From assembly GCA_963804165.1 (NCBI GenBank), contig CAWDPO010000006.1:237552-301551 (forward strand): DNA of 64,000 bases, in the 5' to 3' direction. The stretch comes from an uncultured delta proteobacterium (GTDB lineage Bacteria; Desulfobacterota; Binatia; UBA9968). Positions 59,700 through 64,000 of the stretch are shown piece after piece. The translations under genes were made by a program, and so were the position numbers. The first letter of the stretch is position 1. Each line of letters begins with the position of its first letter. The notes below the pieces were generated by a model. It ran no database searches. It saw only the letters and a program-made list of their open reading frames with translations, and was not told the origin of the DNA.

Positions 59700-61462
59700 C
59701 TAGCTTGCCGAACCAATCTCGCCGATGCGCGACAGCGCAAAGCGGACCGTTCCCACAACGATGGTCGCGAAAAGAATCAAGATCACGCCCAACGCCGCCA
59801 CTTGCGGCACCCAGCCACTGCCCCAGAACTGCCAGACCACGGTGGAGATCACGACGTTGCTGCGCGTGAGCAGCGTCAACGACATGGTGACTTCGCGATA
59901 GGACAACATGCCGATCCAAATCCAGCTATTGAGCACTCCCGCGGCGACCAGCGGCAGAATGATCTTACCCAAAACCCGCGGCGCCGACGCGCCGGCAACC
60001 CGGCCCGCCTCTTCGAGCTCGCGATGCACCTGGATCATGACGCTGTTGGTGGTGCGCGTGCCGTAGGCAATCCAATTGATCGTGTGCGCGAGGATGATGA
60101 TCGCCACCGTGCCGTACAATGGAAAAAAATCCCGATAGGCCAATCCCAGATAGGCAAGTCCCACCGCCATCAATATTCCCGGCACGGCGTGGGGAATAAA
60201 AACCAGAGTGTCCAAAAAGCCGCGAAAGGAAACCTGGGTTCGGATCACGATCCATGACACTAGCACGCTCAAAATCATCGTGATCGTCGGCACCGCAGAA
60301 CATCAGGATGAGCGTGTTGATGAACGGCCTCAGGCCGACGTGAGTAGGGATCTCGATGTAATGTTTCAGCGTCAAGGATGAAAGAGCTTCCGCCGACGGC
60401 AACTGTAGATACGGCAACAGCGAGGCCCATAAGAGCACGGCGAAGGGGATAAAGACCTCGATGCATAGATAAAAGAAAACAAAGGCGAGGGCGGCCCACT
60501 TCCAGCGGCCGAGTGCGATCTCCCGCGGGCGATATCCCCTGCCCGTGATCACCGTGTACTTTTTTCCTTGCTTGACCAGCCGGACATACATGCAGGCGAG
60601 TGTAAGCCCGAGCAAGAGCATGATCGCGCCATAGGCACCCGCCATGCCGTATTCTGGCAAGCCGGTGGAAGGCGTCGTCGAGGTAAAAATGAGCGAGCTA
60701 AGCACGTGAATACGCGCCGGCAGGCCGATAATCGCCGGCACTTCGAAGACCGCAATGGCGGTCATGATCAAATACACCATCACGGCAGCAATCGCCGGCC
60801 AGGTAATGGGAATATTGATTTTCAAAAAGGTCTTAAGCTTGCCGACCCCCGAGGTGTAGGCCGCCTCCTCCAACGACGGGTCCATGGATTGGTAGGCGGC
60901 GGCGAGCATAAAAAAAGCGCCGGGCACAAAAGATACGCCTTGAACAAATGCCATGCCGGTCAGGCTGTATAAATTAAACGGCGGCTCGCTGAGAGCGAAT
61001 AATTCTTGCAGCCATTTGTTGACCAGACCGATCCTCGGACTGAGCAGCAAGATCCAGGCGATGGTGCGCAGAAAGACCGGGATCAGGATGCCGATGGTCA
61101 GCAAAACGTAAATGGTTTTCTTGAACGGCACATCCGTCCGCATGAGGATCCAAACCAGCGGGACGGTGATCAGAAGCGTGATGGCGACGCTGGATATCGC
61201 GAAGAAAATGGTGTTCAGCAAAACTTCATAAGTTCTCGGCGTCAAGTAAACGGTGGTGAAGTTCTCCAGCGTGAACGGTACGTTCTCGCCAGGGAAGCCG
61301 GTGCGAAGGCTCATGAGGATCACCATCAGCACCGGCAACCCGATCGAGTATCAACAACATCCCCGAAAGACCCGTCGCAAACAGCGTGACCCCCTGGGGC
61401 AGGAAACGGCTCAAGCCTTCCCACGCGCCCACGGTCGATTCGGTGCGGGATTCTACTTTCAT
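59700..61462 (-). CDS. FbpB-type fused ABC permease (frameshifts near 61350 and 60290)
   Basis: Two EAA loops (MDPSLEEAA, VHRELEEAG). Confidence 0.85.
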
Positions 61463-61497
61463 GTCCCTCTTCCTTTCGGGTCAGAGCTACAAAGTTT

Positions 61498-62532
61498 TCA
61501 ATCGAACCCGAGGATCTTACCGATTTGCCGCGATATTTTATCGACCTTCTCGGCTTGGTCCTGTTTCATGTAAATGACTTGCTTGCCTTGCACGAATTTG
61601 TAAGCCGTCGTTCCAGGCACGTACGCGGAGGTGTGACCGGTATATTTTTCCCACACCGGCTGAACTTCCGTGGAAGCCATGAACGCCACCATGAGATGGC
61701 CGACATTCGGGTGCGCCGAGTTTTTCAGCACACCGACGTGATATTCAGGCGAGACCACCGGCGAGACCTGGTCGGCGAAGGCCAACGGCGCGCCGGATTC
61801 CTTCGCTTCGTGCAACTGGCTGTCCTGCAAGGTCGCTGACACCAGTACTTCGCCCAATATCAGCCGCTGGGCCATTTCACCCGCGCGGGTCAGCAGCGGC
61901 TTTTGCGCGGACAGTTTTTTGATGAAGTCGAGGGTCTTCTCGTCGCCCCAAGTACCCGCAGCTAAGCGCCCCCAGTGATGAGTTGAATTGATGACACCAA
62001 TTTTGCCTTTCCATTTCGGATCGAGCAGGTCTTCCCATCTTTTCGGCACATCTTTGGCCGGAAGCAGTTTGGTGTTATAGGCCGGCAGCGCGAACTGGTT
62101 CGCGACCGAAACGGTCCCGTTATCGTATTCGATCCGCTGTTTGGCTACTCCGAGGGTGGTGTAATCGAAGGATTTTTGCAACTTGCGCAGCCATAGCGAG
62201 CCATGATGAGCATCCGTGACTAACATGATGTCCCATTCCGGGGGTTGCCCTGAAGCCGACAGTCCAATGACCTTCGCAGTGTCCCGGGTCATGTTGCCGG
62301 ACGGTGTAAAGTTCACTTTAACGTTTAAGCCGTATTTCTTATTGAATGCGGAAACAATCGCCTGCGCGCCTTCGGGGCCCAGCGTGGACGGACCATAGAA
62401 GTCGATGACACCCTCCTTTTTGGCCCCGGCGATCAAATCGTCGGCCGGCGCGGCAAATCCAACACTCGTCCAAGCCGGTATCGCCAAAAATCCCAGGCAA
62501 ATACCCGAAAGTATCGTTAATAAGCTTTTCAT
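61498..62532 (-). CDS. Fe/thiamine/polyamine-type ABC substrate-binding protein
   Basis: Signal peptide; AKKEG, PKRWEDLLDPKWKGK, AHPNVG. Confidence 0.9.
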   Translation of the reverse strand: MKSLLTILSGICLGFLAIPAWTSVGFAAPADDLIAGAKKEGVIDFYGPSTLGPEGAQAIVSAFNKKYGLNVKVNFTPSGNMTRDTAKVIGLSASGQPPEWDIMLVTDAHHGSLWLRKLQKSFDYTTLGVAKQRIEYDNGTVSVANQFALPAYNTKLLPAKDVPKRWEDLLDPKWKGKIGVINSTHHWGRLAAGTWGDEKTLDFIKKLSAQKPLLTRAGEMAQRLILGEVLVSATLQDSQLHEAKESGAPLAFADQVSPVVSPEYHVGVLKNSAHPNVGHLMVAFMASTEVQPVWEKYTGHTSAYVPGTTAYKFVQGKQVIYMKQDQAEKVDKISRQIGKILGFD

Positions 62533-62566
62533 TACATTCCTCCTTCGCTGACCTTCGGATCAGTCG

Positions 62567-63447
62567 TTAATTAGACGCAGCGTGGTACAAGTTCTCGTCA
62601 TAATACTTTGCCAAATCTTTCCCCATCGGTGGCGTAAGCTCGAATTGCACGCGCAAATCGAGCACGCTCTGGAGCCCGGGCAAATTCAATCGGCCATCTC
62701 GGGGTGACTGGCGCAGGCGATTGGCCGCCGCCTTTTCGTCGATCTGCTCGGCTTCGGCAAGCAGTCGAATCGCCTGGTCGCGATTTTTCCATCGTGGCAC
62801 CAGCGAAGCGCTTGATCCCACGCGCGCAGGAACCTGATCAGCAGTTCGCGATTCTCGCCGGCCCATTCGCGCCCCACCGCGTAAACACCGCCAGGATAGT
62901 CCGGCAGCACCTCGCGGTGATCGGCAAAGCGAACCATGCCGGCCGCGGCAGCTTTGCCGTCCCACGGCGGATTGAGCACTCCGGCATAGCATTCACCTTT
63001 GATCATCGCATCCAAACGATAACCCGTCGTGCCTTTCGCAAGCAGCGTGTAGTCGCCGCGATCCATGTCCAAGCCGTGAGCCAATAACACACGTCGCAAC
63101 ACGAGAGCGTAAGCGGTATCGACCGCGTCGACGGCCAATGCTTTACCGCGAAGATCGTCCCAGGATTTGATTTCCGGCCGGACGTAGACGGGAAAAATAT
63201 TGCCTTGCGAGACTTGCGCGATCGCCACGATTTCCGCGCCTTCACGTCCCGACCATCCCAGCACGTTGTCGAATGCCGTCGATACGATCTGCCACGAGCC
63301 GTTGCCGAGCCCGCGCATCTGATCCGTCGAGTTGGGTGTTACCATCACCTCGATGTCGAGCCCGGCAGCGGCGAACATACCCCGCGCCCGCCCGACAGCG
63401 AGCGCCGCGTCGATGTTGAAGACGTTGATGAGCAGATGATCAGCCAC
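62567..63447 (-). CDS. NMT1-like substrate-binding protein (frameshift near 62790)
   Basis: GMFAAAGLDIE, IKSWDDLRGKALAVDA, RFLRA; tail LNLPGLQSVLDLR..YYD in another frame. Confidence 0.8.
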
Positions 63448-63517
63448 TCTGTCGTTCCCTCAAGTTCCAGCTGTACCTGCCATTGGCAATGCCTCTCCGT
63501 TTTTTCACTTCTTCCGT

Positions 63518-63607
63518 CCTCCCCCTTGACGGGGGAGGAAAAAGGTAGGGGTGATGTTCGATCTGGATTCGCACCCCGATCTTAATCTTCCCCCGTCAAG
63601 GGGGAAG
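63518..63607. repeat. Inverted REP-like pair
   Basis: CCTCCCCCTTGACGGGGGAGG...GGGGTGA and CACCCC...CTTCCCCCGTCAAGGGGGAAG. Confidence 0.75.
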
Positions 63608-63691
63608 AAAAGACTAGAAACACCAAATTGAAAAAATGGTTGTGGTGCATTATTTGCGGTAAAATTTTCTCATTCGCGGTGAAACCATTCC

Positions 63692-64000
63692 CTACTGTAT
63701 CTTTGGCCCCGTGTACTCCAACACGTACAATCCGCCCTTGACCCGATCGGTGACGTAAATCAGTCCATCTGTATCGACATAAAGATCGTTGAACATCGGC
63801 GCTTTCTGTCCTTCCGGCGCCGGTGGAACAAAAAATCCCACTTCCTCCGGCCGGAATTTGTTTCTGATATCGAATACGCGCAGGCCCGCATTGTAATAAG
63901 TGATAAAAATGATGTTCTCGCTCTGAAATGAGCCGGGCCGCATCTCATGCACATTGTGCGGACCAAAGCGCAAACCACGCTTGCAGAAGTCGCCCTCCGG
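63692..64000 (-). CDS. LVIVD-repeat beta-propeller protein (C-terminal part; 5' end outside window)
   Basis: RFGPHN, YYNAGLRVFDI, NDLYVD.DGLIYVTDR..GLYVLEY. Confidence 0.85.
   Translation of the reverse strand, partial: PEGDFCKRGLRFGPHNVHEMRPGSFQSENIIFITYYNAGLRVFDIRNKFRPEEVGFFVPPAPEGQKAPMFNDLYVDTDGLIYVTDRVKGGLYVLEYTGPKIQ

Overview
Bacterial chromosomal window, GC-rich. The many NMT1/SsuA-, Bug- and Fe/thiamine-type solute-binding proteins and the repeat families suggest a Candidatus Binatia-like deltaproteobacterium (inference). 1-12.4 kb: mgtE, purNM, a NitT/TauT ABC transporter, a GNAT protein, DUF1178, an ornithine cyclodeaminase-family gene and a class IV aminotransferase. At 6546-8258 there is a nested mobile locus: a MITE-like repeat contains a second MITE (16-bp TIRs, ACGA target duplication), which contains a REP-like unit interrupted at a CT core by an IS110/IS1111-type element. 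The IS ends rebuild a TTGACA-17-TATGAG promoter when joined, and its downstream non-coding end folds into a bridge-RNA-like loop that matches both strands of its own junction. 12.5-37 kb is an accessory patchwork of small stress, redox and membrane genes, lineage-specific hypotheticals, a 22-aa-periodic amphipathic repeat protein and several gene remnants. 37-64 kb is core genome (sahR-like-metH, comF, gpmI, rsfS, nadD, proAB, obgE, rpmA, rplU, lemA-TPM) plus ABC transporters. Many of these genes carry single-base frameshifts that are probably sequencing errors. No tRNA, rRNA or CRISPR array was seen.
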